Source of the DNA: Candidatus Binatia bacterium
GTDB taxonomy: Bacteria; Desulfobacterota; Binatia; UBA9968; JAJDTQ01
Direction: 5' to 3'
NCBI GenBank assembly: GCA_963666515.2
Contig: OY762897.2
Coordinates: 2,304,001-2,368,000, forward strand
DNA length: 64,000 bases
In this document: piece after piece, positions 53,645-62,877 of the stretch
Layout: each line of letters begins with the position of its first letter
Position numbering within the stretch: position 1 is the stretch's first letter
Notes under the pieces: generated by a model
Databases searched by the model: none
What the model was told of the DNA's origin: nothing
The model's input: the letters and a program-made list of their open reading frames with translations, nothing else
Translations under genes and position numbers: made by a program

Positions 53645-55009
53645 ATGGCCTACACGGCACAAGGGCGCACCAAGAGCTTTCCGGTCTTCGACTGCGACAG
53701 CCACATCCATGAACCCCGGGAGGTCTGGGACGAGTACATTCCGGAGAAGCAGCGGGCGTTCGCCAAGCAGCACTTCTACCGGGACATGGACCGGCTCGTG
53801 ATGGTCGTGAACGGCCAAGTGAGCTACGGCAATCCCAAGACCTACGCCTATCCGGGACAGGGCTGGCACCCGGGCATGAACAAGAAGATCCTGGGCTCCA
53901 TCGCGCCCGACGACCCCCGGTGGGACGAGGAGATCGGCCGCAACGCCAGCCAGCGGGACCCGCAGGTCCGCCTCAAGGACATGGACGCGTCGGGCATCGA
54001 CCAGGTGATGGTGTTCCCGTCCACCTTCGTTCGCATGCCGCTGGTGAAGAACCCGGACGCGGCGCGCATCTGCGCCGCCGCCTACAACGACTGGGTCAAC
54101 GACTACTGCGCGGCCGACCGGAAGCGCCTCTATCCCTGCGCCGTGCTGCCGGTCCAGGACGTGGACTACGCCGTGCAGGAGCTTCGCCGCGTGGCCAAGC
54201 TGGGCTTCAAGTCCGCGGTGGTGCGGCCGGTGCTGGTCAACGACCGCTACCCCACCTTCCCCGAGTTCGACCCCTTGTGGAAGGAGTTCGAGGAGCTGGG
54301 GCTGGCCCTGGGCATGCACACCTTCCCGTCCGGCGGCGAGGCCGTGACCGAGGCCATGGCGGAGCGCATGTCCGCCGGCACCCGGGGCAAGAGCAGCGCT
54401 CAGCGCTCGCCCTTCACCGCGCACGAGGTCTACGTGTACTCGCCGGGGCAGTTCGTGGAAAACATCATGCGCAGCATGGGGGCGGTGCAGCCCGGGGCTG
54501 AGTCCCTGAGCTTCATCAGCGAGGCCCAGACCTGGACCATGATCGTGATGCTCACGGGCTGGCTGGAGAAGTTCCCCAAGCTCCGGATCGCCATCCTGGA
54601 GTCCAACTCTAGCTGGCTGCCCCTGATCCTGGAGAAGGCCGAGACCTACCTCGACCTCTACCGCTTCGTGCGCGAGCAGGCCAGCCCGCCGCAGAAGGTC
54701 GGCGACCCGCGGGAAACCTTCGAGCGGCAGTGCTTCATCGCCTTCGAAAGCGACGAGGACGTTACCCTCAGGCTGTGGGACATCTTCGAGAACATCGGCC
54801 TTTGGTCCTCCGACATGCCGCACCACGACGCCTCGGACACTTGGGAAGCCGTGGACAACATGAACAAGCACGGCGTGCCGCAGGAGGTGCAGGAGAAGAT
54901 GCTGGGCGGCAACGCCCGGCGCCTCTACGGCATCGAGCCGGAATTGTTCGTGACCGAGGCGCCGGCGGAGTACACGCCGGTGAACATCGTGCCGCGCTAC
55001 GCGGGGTAG
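53645..55009 (+). CDS. Amidohydrolase-2 family protein
   Basis: FDCDSHIHEP, RLKDMD..GID..FPS, GMHTF, LESNSSW, WSSDMPHHD. Confidence 0.9.
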   Translation: MAYTAQGRTKSFPVFDCDSHIHEPREVWDEYIPEKQRAFAKQHFYRDMDRLVMVVNGQVSYGNPKTYAYPGQGWHPGMNKKILGSIAPDDPRWDEEIGRNASQRDPQVRLKDMDASGIDQVMVFPSTFVRMPLVKNPDAARICAAAYNDWVNDYCAADRKRLYPCAVLPVQDVDYAVQELRRVAKLGFKSAVVRPVLVNDRYPTFPEFDPLWKEFEELGLALGMHTFPSGGEAVTEAMAERMSAGTRGKSSAQRSPFTAHEVYVYSPGQFVENIMRSMGAVQPGAESLSFISEAQTWTMIVMLTGWLEKFPKLRIAILESNSSWLPLILEKAETYLDLYRFVREQASPPQKVGDPRETFERQCFIAFESDEDVTLRLWDIFENIGLWSSDMPHHDASDTWEAVDNMNKHGVPQEVQEKMLGGNARRLYGIEPELFVTEAPAEYTPVNIVPRYAG

Positions 55010-55039
55010 GAGAACCGGGCGGCCGGGGGAGCCGGGACC

Positions 55040-56434
55040 ATGACCGAACTGGACAGCGTTACGTCGTCGAGCGAGACCGAATACCTCGAGTGGCACCTGC
55101 GCAACTACGAGGACATGCCGCGCGAGGTGATCCTCAAGATGGACCTCCTGCGGGTGGGCCACTGGTTCACCGACGCCGCCCTGGAACTGGCCTCCGAGGC
55201 CCTGGTCAAGTCCTACCGGCTGTTCTCCTACGACCTGATGTCCATGAAGGACATGAAGCGGAAGGAGCACCGGCGGACGCCCGAGTGGTTCGCCATCCGC
55301 GGCGGCCACCTGGGCCTGCGCCCCGTCATCGTCCAGACGACGCTGAACGCCGATTCGCCTTACGTCATCGACGTGGTGGACGGGGAGGTCCGGCTCCTGC
55401 TGGACGGGCGCGAGCTGTGTGACGTGAGCTTCCCCAAGCCGCTCAAGTACTACACGCGCTCCTTCGAGGACGGCACCAAGTACCACGAGATCATCGCCTT
55501 CGGCTATTTCGCCACGGTGTTCCGCAACTGCCAGTACTGGGGGCCGGACGAGGAGTGCCGCTTCTGCGACATCAACGTCAACGTACGCCAGATGAAGGAG
55601 TCCCGGGACTTCACCTTCAACACGCCGGTGAAGCCGGTGTCCTACGTGGCCGAGGTGGCCCGCTCCATCGAGCAGGACGCCATCGACGATGTTGGCTACG
55701 CTCCGCCCATCGACTTCCTGATCTCCGGCGGCACCATCCTGAAGACCCTGCACCGCAAGTCGGAGGACGACTTCTACCTGGAGTACGCCTCGGCCCTCAA
55801 GTGGGGCGGCCACCGCCGCTACATCAACATCCAGACCAACGCCAAGGACAAGGAGACCATGAAGCGCTACCGCGCCGAGGGCGTGGACTGCCACCACGCC
55901 AACATGGAGGTCTGGGACAAGCGGCTGTTCGAGTGGATCAACCCGGGCAAGAACCGCCGCATCGGCTGGGACAACTGGGTCAAGTGGATGATCGAGTCGG
56001 TGGAGGTGCTGGGCGAGGGCAACGCCCGCCCCAACTTCGTCTGCGGCGTGGAGCTGGCCCGCCCCCACGGCTTCGACAACATCCCCGACGCGGTCAACTC
56101 CACCGGCGGCGGCATCGACTTCATGATGCGCCACGGCGTCTTCCCGCGCTTCAACCAGTGGCGCCGGGAGCCCGGCTCCGACCTCGTCTCGCAGCACAAG
56201 CAGCCCGCCATCCCCCTGGAGTTCTACATCCAGATCATGCGCCGCTACTACGAGAGTTGGAAGAAGTACCGCCTCCCCTTTCCCCACCACGACTCCGTGC
56301 ACCCCGAGCGCCGCTGGGGCTCCGGCCACGCCACCTACGACGACATGCTCTTCCTGAACGACTGGCCCCACTACGAGGAGGAATGGGACCGAGGCTCGCG
56401 GGAGGGGCTGAAGGCCTGCGTCGTCAGCGAGTAG
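55040..56434 (+). CDS. Radical SAM protein with CX8CX2C cluster motif (biotin synthase-related fold, function unknown)
   Basis: CQYWGPDEECRFC, ISGG, NMEVWD..PGK, NFVCGVE. Confidence 0.8.
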   Translation: MTELDSVTSSSETEYLEWHLRNYEDMPREVILKMDLLRVGHWFTDAALELASEALVKSYRLFSYDLMSMKDMKRKEHRRTPEWFAIRGGHLGLRPVIVQTTLNADSPYVIDVVDGEVRLLLDGRELCDVSFPKPLKYYTRSFEDGTKYHEIIAFGYFATVFRNCQYWGPDEECRFCDINVNVRQMKESRDFTFNTPVKPVSYVAEVARSIEQDAIDDVGYAPPIDFLISGGTILKTLHRKSEDDFYLEYASALKWGGHRRYINIQTNAKDKETMKRYRAEGVDCHHANMEVWDKRLFEWINPGKNRRIGWDNWVKWMIESVEVLGEGNARPNFVCGVELARPHGFDNIPDAVNSTGGGIDFMMRHGVFPRFNQWRREPGSDLVSQHKQPAIPLEFYIQIMRRYYESWKKYRLPFPHHDSVHPERRWGSGHATYDDMLFLNDWPHYEEEWDRGSREGLKACVVSE

Positions 56435-56461
56435 GCCGGGGTCCGAACTCGATCCTTCTCG

Positions 56462-56587
56462 AACCTTCAATCAGTCGGGTATCAATCTTAAATTGGTCAG
56501 CCTCAAATCTTCAGTCGGTCGGTTGTTGACTTTCAATTGGTCGGCCGCTAACCTTCAATCAGTCGAATTCATTGTTCAAATGGTTGG
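56462..56587 (+). repeat. Array of six degenerate 17-bp direct repeats with 22-bp period
   Basis: Units at 56462, 56484, 56506, 56528, 56550, 56571; consensus RAYYTTCAATYRGTCGG. Confidence 0.85.
56526..56554 (+). promoter_or_regulatory. Putative sigma-70 promoter embedded in the repeat array
   Basis: TTGACT-N17-TAACCT. Confidence 0.55.
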
Positions 56588-56599
56588 AGGGATGCGGAC

Positions 56600-57820
56600 G
56601 TGTATCCTCGTTTTATCGAAAGCCGCGTCAACGAGGCGTTGACTTACACACGGGTCGTGCTCATATCCGGCCCTCGACAGTCCGGCAAGACGACATTGGC
56701 CAGACATATCGCAGCCGGCAAAATCCCGTTCCTGGACCTCGATGACAGGCCCACCCTGGAGACGGCCCTAGCCGATCCGGTGGGATTCATACGCGGCCTC
56801 GACCGGGCTGTGATCGACGAGGTTCAGCGCGCGCCCGACCTCCTCCTGGCCATCAAGTCGACTGTCGATGCCGACCCGAGTCCCGGCCGCTTCTTGCTCA
56901 CCGGGTCCGCGAATCTCATGACCGTGCCCCGGGTGGCCGATTCGCTTGCCGGCCGAATGAAGGTCGTGCGCCTCTTGCCCTTGGCACAGGCGGAGTTGAA
57001 AGGGAACCCCTCCGCCTTCCTTGATATGGCCTTCAAAGGCCAAGTGCCCAAGACCGGCGACGTCGTGGTCGGAGCCGACTTGATCGAAGAGGTTCTGGCT
57101 GGCGGATATCCGGAAGCTCTCACCCACTCCCGTTGGAACACCCGGCGCGACTGGTATCTCGACTACATCGAGGCCATCGTTCAACGAGATGTCCGCGACA
57201 TCGCCCAATTCGAGAAAGTTCCATTGATGCCGAGGCTCTTGCGCGTTCTCGCGGAGCACTCCGGACAACTCGTCAACTATTCCGGCTTCGGTGCACCGTT
57301 GGGGATGAACCATTTCACCACCCGAAGATACACTGGGCTATTCGAGAGTCTGTATCTCCTGTACAACCTGCAACCCTGGTTCACCAATACGCTAAAGCGG
57401 CTCACCAAGACACCGAAGCTGCACTTCCTCGATGCAGGACTGCTTGCGGCCTTAAGGGACATCACATCCGACCGTGTGGAGAAAGACAGGGCGCTTTTCG
57501 GACCGGTCCTGGAGACTTTTGTTCTTGCCGAGTTACTGAAACTGGCCAGTTGGTCAGACGACCGGTACGACTTCTCGCATTTCCGGGACAAGGAGCGGAA
57601 AGAGGTGGACATCGTCATGGAGGACCGTCGCGGCCATGTCGTCGGAATCGAGGTCAAGGCATCCGCCACCGTGACTGCCCGGGACTTCGCCGGCCTCCGC
57701 CGCCTGTCGGAAGCCTGTGGCGACCGGTTCGTTCTGGGACTGGTCCTCCATGACCACGAGCGCGTTGTGCCATTCGGTGAGCGCCTGTTCGCGGCTCCGG
57801 TCTCGGCGCTGTGGTCGTGA
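56600..57820 (+). CDS. AAA_14 ATPase with wHTH and DUF4143/PD-(D/E)XK-like C-terminal domain
   Basis: GPRQSGKTT, IDEVQR, LTGSA, SLAGR, GGYP, KTPKLHFLDAG, ETFV..E, EVD..GIEVK; GTG start after GGAGG. Confidence 0.9.
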   Translation: MYPRFIESRVNEALTYTRVVLISGPRQSGKTTLARHIAAGKIPFLDLDDRPTLETALADPVGFIRGLDRAVIDEVQRAPDLLLAIKSTVDADPSPGRFLLTGSANLMTVPRVADSLAGRMKVVRLLPLAQAELKGNPSAFLDMAFKGQVPKTGDVVVGADLIEEVLAGGYPEALTHSRWNTRRDWYLDYIEAIVQRDVRDIAQFEKVPLMPRLLRVLAEHSGQLVNYSGFGAPLGMNHFTTRRYTGLFESLYLLYNLQPWFTNTLKRLTKTPKLHFLDAGLLAALRDITSDRVEKDRALFGPVLETFVLAELLKLASWSDDRYDFSHFRDKERKEVDIVMEDRRGHVVGIEVKASATVTARDFAGLRRLSEACGDRFVLGLVLHDHERVVPFGERLFAAPVSALWS

Positions 57821-57927
57821 CGGAGCGCTGGGGAGGCGCTGATCTGGAGCGTGAATCACGCCTCCAAGTATTGCCTTCCGACCTGAGGCAGAATAATTTT
57901 TTGAGATATATACGGCGGGGGCAAACC

Positions 57928-58011
57928 ATGTTGATCAAAGTTCAGAAGTGGGGAAACAGCCAAGGTCTTCGACTCACGAAGGCGGACCCCTATGCGTCCC
58001 TCAGGGGTTAA
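57928..58011 (+). pseudogene. Truncated AbrB/MazE antitoxin
   Basis: MLIKVQKWGNSQGLRLTK then unrelated sequence and stop; no mazF follows. Confidence 0.7.
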
Positions 58012-58039
58012 GTGATTGACCCAATCAACCGGCCCCGCC

Positions 58040-59587
58040 ATGACCAAGCTCAGACTGCCCATCGGCATTCAGACTTTCCGCAAGCTTCGGGAAGAAAACT
58101 GCTACTACGTCGACAAGACGCCGTGGATACGGGCGCTGCTGGACGAAGGCTCGCTTTTCTTTCTCTCCCGCCCCCGGCGCTTCGGCAAGAGCCTGTTCCT
58201 GGACACGCTGAAGGAACTCTTCGAGGGCACGGAGACGCTCTTTCGCGGGCTCTACATCCATGAAGGTTGGGACTGGTCCGTGCGCCATCCGGTGCTGCGA
58301 CTGAGCTTCGGAAGCGGCAATTTCAAGGACCCCGCCCAGGCGCATGCAAGCCTCATGGCGCAACTCGACGCCGTCGAGCGCCGGACAGGGACCGCGTCGC
58401 CCTACCCCACTTCGCCGGAGCGTTTCGGCCATCTGCTCGAACAGTTGCACCATCAGGCGGGGCGGCCGGTCGTGGTGCTGGTGGACGAATACGACAAACC
58501 GATCCTTGACGCGTTGGAAGCGCCGGAGATCGCCCGGTCGAACCGCGACTTCCTGCGCGGCGTCTATGGGGTCATCAAAGACTGCGACGCACACATCCGG
58601 TTCGCGTTCCTCACCGGCGTGAGCAAGTTCTCCAAGGTAAGCCTGTTCTCGGGTCTCAACAACCTCAAGGACCTGACCCTGGACCCGCGCTACTCCGCGG
58701 TCTGCGGTTACACCGATGCGGACCTGGACAGCGTGTTCGCCCCGGAACTGCCGGGGCTGGATCGGGACGAAATCCGTCGCTGGTACAACGGCTATGCATG
58801 GCTGGGTGACGAGAAAGTTTACAATCCTTTCGACATCCTGTTGTTGTTCGATCGGCGCAAGTTCGACGCCTACTGGTTCGAGACCGGCACGCCGTCGTTT
58901 CTGGTGGAGACCCTGTTCAAGCGGCGCGTGAGCACCCTGACCCTTGAGGACATGCTCGGCACCAACGACCTGCTGTCGAGATTCGATGTCGACGACATCG
59001 CCACCGAGGCGCTGCTGTTCCAGACAGGCTACCTCACCGTCACGGATGAGGAGGATTTGGGCGGCGAGCCGGTCTATCGACTCGCTTATCCCAACCGGGA
59101 AGTCCGCGAGAGCCTGAATCGGAGTCTCCTGCGTCACCTGGTGCAGGATTCGTCACGCCAGACGACAAACGGCGTCCGACTCTACCGCCTGCTGGAAGTC
59201 AACGACTTCGATGGTCTCAAGGCCCTGTTCCAGACCTTCTATAGCAGCATTCCCTATCAGTGGTACACGAACAACGACATCGCCGACTATGAAGGATTCT
59301 ACGCCAGCGTATTCTACTCCTACTTTGCTGCCCTCGGTCTCGACATCATGGTCGAGGACAGCAGCAGCCACGGGCGGCTCGACATGGCCGTACGCTTCAA
59401 CGGCAACGTCTACCTGTTCGAGTTCAAGGTAGTCGAGATGACCCAGCCCGGTGCGGCAATGGCCCAGTTGAAGGCCCGGCGTTACGCCGACAAGTACCGC
59501 AGCCTCGGCCAGCCCATCTGGCTCATCGGCGTGGAATTCAGCAAGGACACGCGCAACGTGGTCGCGTTCGAGGTCGAACGGGGGTGA
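58040..59587 (+). CDS. AAA-ATPase-like protein with C-terminal PD-(D/E)XK nuclease (DUF1703-like)
   Basis: LPIGIQTF, YYVDKT, SRPRRFGKSL, LVDEYDKP, LTGVSKFSK, YWFETGTP, YPNREV, E..Y..GRLD..FEFK. Confidence 0.92.
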   Translation: MTKLRLPIGIQTFRKLREENCYYVDKTPWIRALLDEGSLFFLSRPRRFGKSLFLDTLKELFEGTETLFRGLYIHEGWDWSVRHPVLRLSFGSGNFKDPAQAHASLMAQLDAVERRTGTASPYPTSPERFGHLLEQLHHQAGRPVVVLVDEYDKPILDALEAPEIARSNRDFLRGVYGVIKDCDAHIRFAFLTGVSKFSKVSLFSGLNNLKDLTLDPRYSAVCGYTDADLDSVFAPELPGLDRDEIRRWYNGYAWLGDEKVYNPFDILLLFDRRKFDAYWFETGTPSFLVETLFKRRVSTLTLEDMLGTNDLLSRFDVDDIATEALLFQTGYLTVTDEEDLGGEPVYRLAYPNREVRESLNRSLLRHLVQDSSRQTTNGVRLYRLLEVNDFDGLKALFQTFYSSIPYQWYTNNDIADYEGFYASVFYSYFAALGLDIMVEDSSSHGRLDMAVRFNGNVYLFEFKVVEMTQPGAAMAQLKARRYADKYRSLGQPIWLIGVEFSKDTRNVVAFEVERG

Positions 59588-59762
59588 GGGACAACCCCGC
59601 CACATGGAATGGCCCTTGAGCCGACGGCAGTGTCGGCGCGCGGGTCTACACAAGAAGAAAGACCTTTCACACGGCTCCCTTTATCATAGAGGATCATAGA
59701 GGATGATTTGATATCTTCTGATCAGCAGATGGCCGGCCAAGGCTGACCGGAAGGAGGTACAG

Positions 59763-60166
59763 ATGCCGAACCTTCAAACAATAGCAGAGGCCACTATCGT
59801 CGATGTCCTGGGAAGCGACCCCGAACCGCTTCCGGAGTGGCTAGTAGCCCATGGCAACCCGCCACGGTTCAACCGCGAGAAGTTCTTCGATTCTCGGACT
59901 GTCTATTATCCGGGGTACGGAGACGATGGGCATCCCGTGGAACTCTTCAACCGCTCCCACGCCGCACACACGTTCATTTACGTCGACCATGGAGTCGGGC
60001 GGGACCCGCTCGCACAACGGCTTCGTGACCGGAAGCAGGGTTTTCTCGGATATGAGGTCGCCCATCAGCAGGAATTGTCGGAGGATACTTTGCGACCGGG
60101 CGGGTGGACGCAACACGTCACCGCTGACGAAGCCCGTGGGCTCATTACAGGCCGGGAAGGTTTAGC
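59763..60166 (+). pseudogene. 5' part of a hypothetical gene interrupted by IS1634
   Basis: AAGGAGG RBS; reading frame resumes after the IS at 62146. Confidence 0.85.
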
Positions 60167-62139
60167 CTGAAGTTCTGGGGCCGGATTCCGGCCTGACAGC
60201 CTCTAACTCATTGTATTGGATAGACATTTGGAGATTCAAGGGCAGATTTCAGGCGTAACATGTAGTCACTAAATAGACTTGACTCATTCGGTGATTGTGC
60301 TACAATTCCATGTATGCCAAGACGCAAGGCCGCCGTACACGTCGTTACTACCACGCGTCGAGTCTACACCACCCACCTGCTCAGGCGCTCCTACCGCGAA
60401 AACGGCAAGGTCAAAAACGAAACCGTCGGCAACCTCTCCCACCTGCCCGATTCGGTGGTGGAACTGGTGCGCCTCGCACTCGGCGGCAAGACCCTGGTGC
60501 CGGCCGAGGAGGCATTGCAAGTGTTGCGCTCTCGTCCCCATGGACACGTGGCTGCGGTGCTGGGCACGGTCAAGACGCTGGGGCTGGAGCGGCTGCTGGA
60601 CTCTCGGCACAGCGTCCAACGCGACCGTAGTGTGGCCTTGATCGTGTCCCGGGTGCTGTGTCCGGACTCGAAGCTGGCCACGGCGCGGGCGTTGGATGCC
60701 GAGAGTGCGACGTCCACCCTGGGCGAGGAACTCGGCCTTGAGGCGGTGCAGGCCGAAGAGTTGTATGAGGCCATGGACTGGCTGGGGGAGCGTCAGGGGC
60801 GCATCGAACGCAGTCTGGCCAAGCGCCATCTCCACCACGGCACGCTGGTGCTCTACGACGTGACTTCGAGCTATCTCGAAGGGCGGCGCTGCCCGCTGGG
60901 GCGCATCGGCTACTCGCGGGACGGCAAGAAAGGCAAGCTGCAGATCGTCTACGGGTTACTGTGCAACGCCGACGGCTGTCCGGTGGCGGTGGAGGTCTAC
61001 GAGGGCAACACCGCTGACCCGAGCACTTTGGCGGACCAGATCCACAAGGTCCGCGAGCGCTTCGGGCTCGAACGTGTGGTGTTCGTCGGCGATCGGGGAA
61101 TGTTGACCAGTGCGCGCATCGACGAGGAACTGCGCCCGGTGGAGGGTCTGGACTGGATCAGTGCACTACGCAACGATGCCGTCGCCAAGCTCGCCCAAGA
61201 CCAAGGCCCCTTGCAGTCGTCCCTGTTCGACCACACCGACCTGGCTGAAATCGCTCATCCAGACTTCCCCGGCGAACGCCTCATCGCCTGCCTCAACCCC
61301 CTGCTGCGCCAGGAGCGTCGGCGCAAACGCCAAGCCCTGCTGGACGCCACCGAGCAGGAACTGGACAAGATCGTCCGGGCCACCCAACGCCCCAAACGAC
61401 CGCTTCGCGGTGAGAGCGCCATCGCACTGCGGGTGGGCCGGGTGTTGGGCCGCTTCAAGATGGCCAAGCACTTCGACATGACCGTCACCGAGTCCTCGTT
61501 CCGCTATCAGCGCAAATCCGACGCCATCGCTCAAGAGGCCCGCCTCGACGGCCTCTACGTCATCCGCACCTCCGTCCCTGAGCCCCTCCTCGATGCCACT
61601 TCCACCGTCAGCGCCTATAAACGCCTCGCCGCAGTCGAGCGCGCCTTCCGATGCCTCAAGACCGTGGACCTCCACGTGCGCCCGATCCACCACCGCCTGT
61701 CCCAGCGCGTGCGCGCCCACGTCTTCCTGTGCATGCTCGCCTACTACGTCGAGTGGCACATGCGCCGGGCCTGGGCTCCACTCTTGTTCGCCGAAGACGA
61801 CCCCCAGGACGCCGCTCGCCGCCGCCCCTCCCCCGTCAGCCCCAGCGTGCCCTCCCACAGCTCCGAGCGCAAAGCCGCCACCCGCCGAACCCCACAGGGG
61901 CAACCCGTGCACCACTTCCGCGGTCTGCTCCGCCACTTGGCCACCCTCACCCGCAATACCCTTCAACTCCAAGGCTCAAAGCTGACCTTCCAACAACTCA
62001 CCCTCCCCACCGACCTCCAACGCCTCGCCTTGGAACTCCTCCACCTCAAACTCCCCGTGTAGTCAGAACCCGTACTGCCGTCTCAATCCTATTCCCCCTA
62101 AATTCAACCACTTACGCTGTCTTGGCCTCAGAACTTCAG
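60167..62139 (+). mobile_element. IS1634-family insertion sequence (1973 bp)
   Basis: Terminal IRs CTGAAGTTCTGGGGCC / CTGAAGTTCTGAGGCC (15/16); 6-bp target duplication TTTAGC at 60161-60166 and 62140-62145. Confidence 0.92.
60314..62062 (+). CDS. IS1634-family DDE transposase
   Basis: LLRRSYRENGKVK..NLS, LYDVTSSYLEG, GYSRDGK, YEGNTAD, VGDRGM, LDGLYVIRT, VERAFRCLK..RPIHH. Confidence 0.92.
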   Translation: MPRRKAAVHVVTTTRRVYTTHLLRRSYRENGKVKNETVGNLSHLPDSVVELVRLALGGKTLVPAEEALQVLRSRPHGHVAAVLGTVKTLGLERLLDSRHSVQRDRSVALIVSRVLCPDSKLATARALDAESATSTLGEELGLEAVQAEELYEAMDWLGERQGRIERSLAKRHLHHGTLVLYDVTSSYLEGRRCPLGRIGYSRDGKKGKLQIVYGLLCNADGCPVAVEVYEGNTADPSTLADQIHKVRERFGLERVVFVGDRGMLTSARIDEELRPVEGLDWISALRNDAVAKLAQDQGPLQSSLFDHTDLAEIAHPDFPGERLIACLNPLLRQERRRKRQALLDATEQELDKIVRATQRPKRPLRGESAIALRVGRVLGRFKMAKHFDMTVTESSFRYQRKSDAIAQEARLDGLYVIRTSVPEPLLDATSTVSAYKRLAAVERAFRCLKTVDLHVRPIHHRLSQRVRAHVFLCMLAYYVEWHMRRAWAPLLFAEDDPQDAARRRPSPVSPSVPSHSSERKAATRRTPQGQPVHHFRGLLRHLATLTRNTLQLQGSKLTFQQLTLPTDLQRLALELLHLKLPV

Positions 62140-62145
62140 TTTAGC

Positions 62146-62731
62146 GAAGCCGTTCGGATGGTTTGTTGTACTGGATCGACAACAGGGCCGCGGGGATGAC
62201 CATGGGCCAAAACGTTTCGCAATCCTGTTCATCGGCGGTGATGGTTACGCCAGCTACGATGCACTGTATTGCCAAGGAGACGGGACTCCGCCACCATTTC
62301 TCGCGGTCATCCAGGACCACGGCGACAATCCCTTCGGACGCGACAGCCCTCTGGAGTATATCGCCCGGAGACAAGGCATCCTGCCAGAATATTTGTTGGT
62401 TGGAGAACCCTCCACAGAGTGGCTGGGATATGCAGACATCGGAGCCCTCCCCAAGCCGGGTGGCATGCATGCTACGGCAAGACGACTTTTTATGCGTATA
62501 GACGACAATCTCGAGAAAGTTGTCTCTGCCTTTCTGCACGACTCTCGCAACCTGCAAACACGAACAACTGAGGACCTGAACTTCATTGTGAACCAGGTCA
62601 ACAATTTACGCGCAGCCATCGTGGACATTATCAAACCGATGAAAGATCGGAACCTGAAACGGAATGCCGAGTCTCTCATTCGGAAACTAACCCATCGCCA
62701 AGCGAAAGTGAACAAAATCTTGCATGACTAA
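62146..62731 (+). pseudogene. 3' part of the IS-interrupted hypothetical gene
   Basis: In frame with 59763..60166 once the IS and one TSD are removed (..GREGLAKPFGWFVVLDR..ILHD*). Confidence 0.85.
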
Positions 62732-62764
62732 GGCCGAAACAATCCTCGGCGTCCACGTTGCCCC

Positions 62765-62840
62765 TCCACTTCATGCTGTCCCGGTCGGCGTGGTGGGACG
62801 ACCACTACGGGCCGCTCGAACGCGACATGACGGCGTTCCC
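62765..62840 (+). pseudogene. Possible short remnant of a class I SAM methyltransferase C-terminus
   Basis: HFMLSRSAWWDDHYGPLE resembles the HF.L...WW..YY.PL motif; very short. Confidence 0.35.
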
Positions 62841-62877
62841 AGCGCGCCCGGTGGCCTCAATAGGTCGTGAAGAAAGG

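Noticed and set aside
56462-56587. Repeat array as a CRISPR
   Set aside because: Repeats are degenerate 17-mers with 5-bp linkers; no spacer-sized unique sequences and no cas genes.
59683-59703. ATCATAGAGG tandem duplication upstream of the IS-broken gene
   Set aside because: Only two copies; probably a slippage duplication with no supportable function.
61150-62062. Strong C-rich skew in the 3' half of the IS1634 transposase
   Set aside because: Visible, but it does not disrupt the frame and I cannot attach a function to it from one copy.
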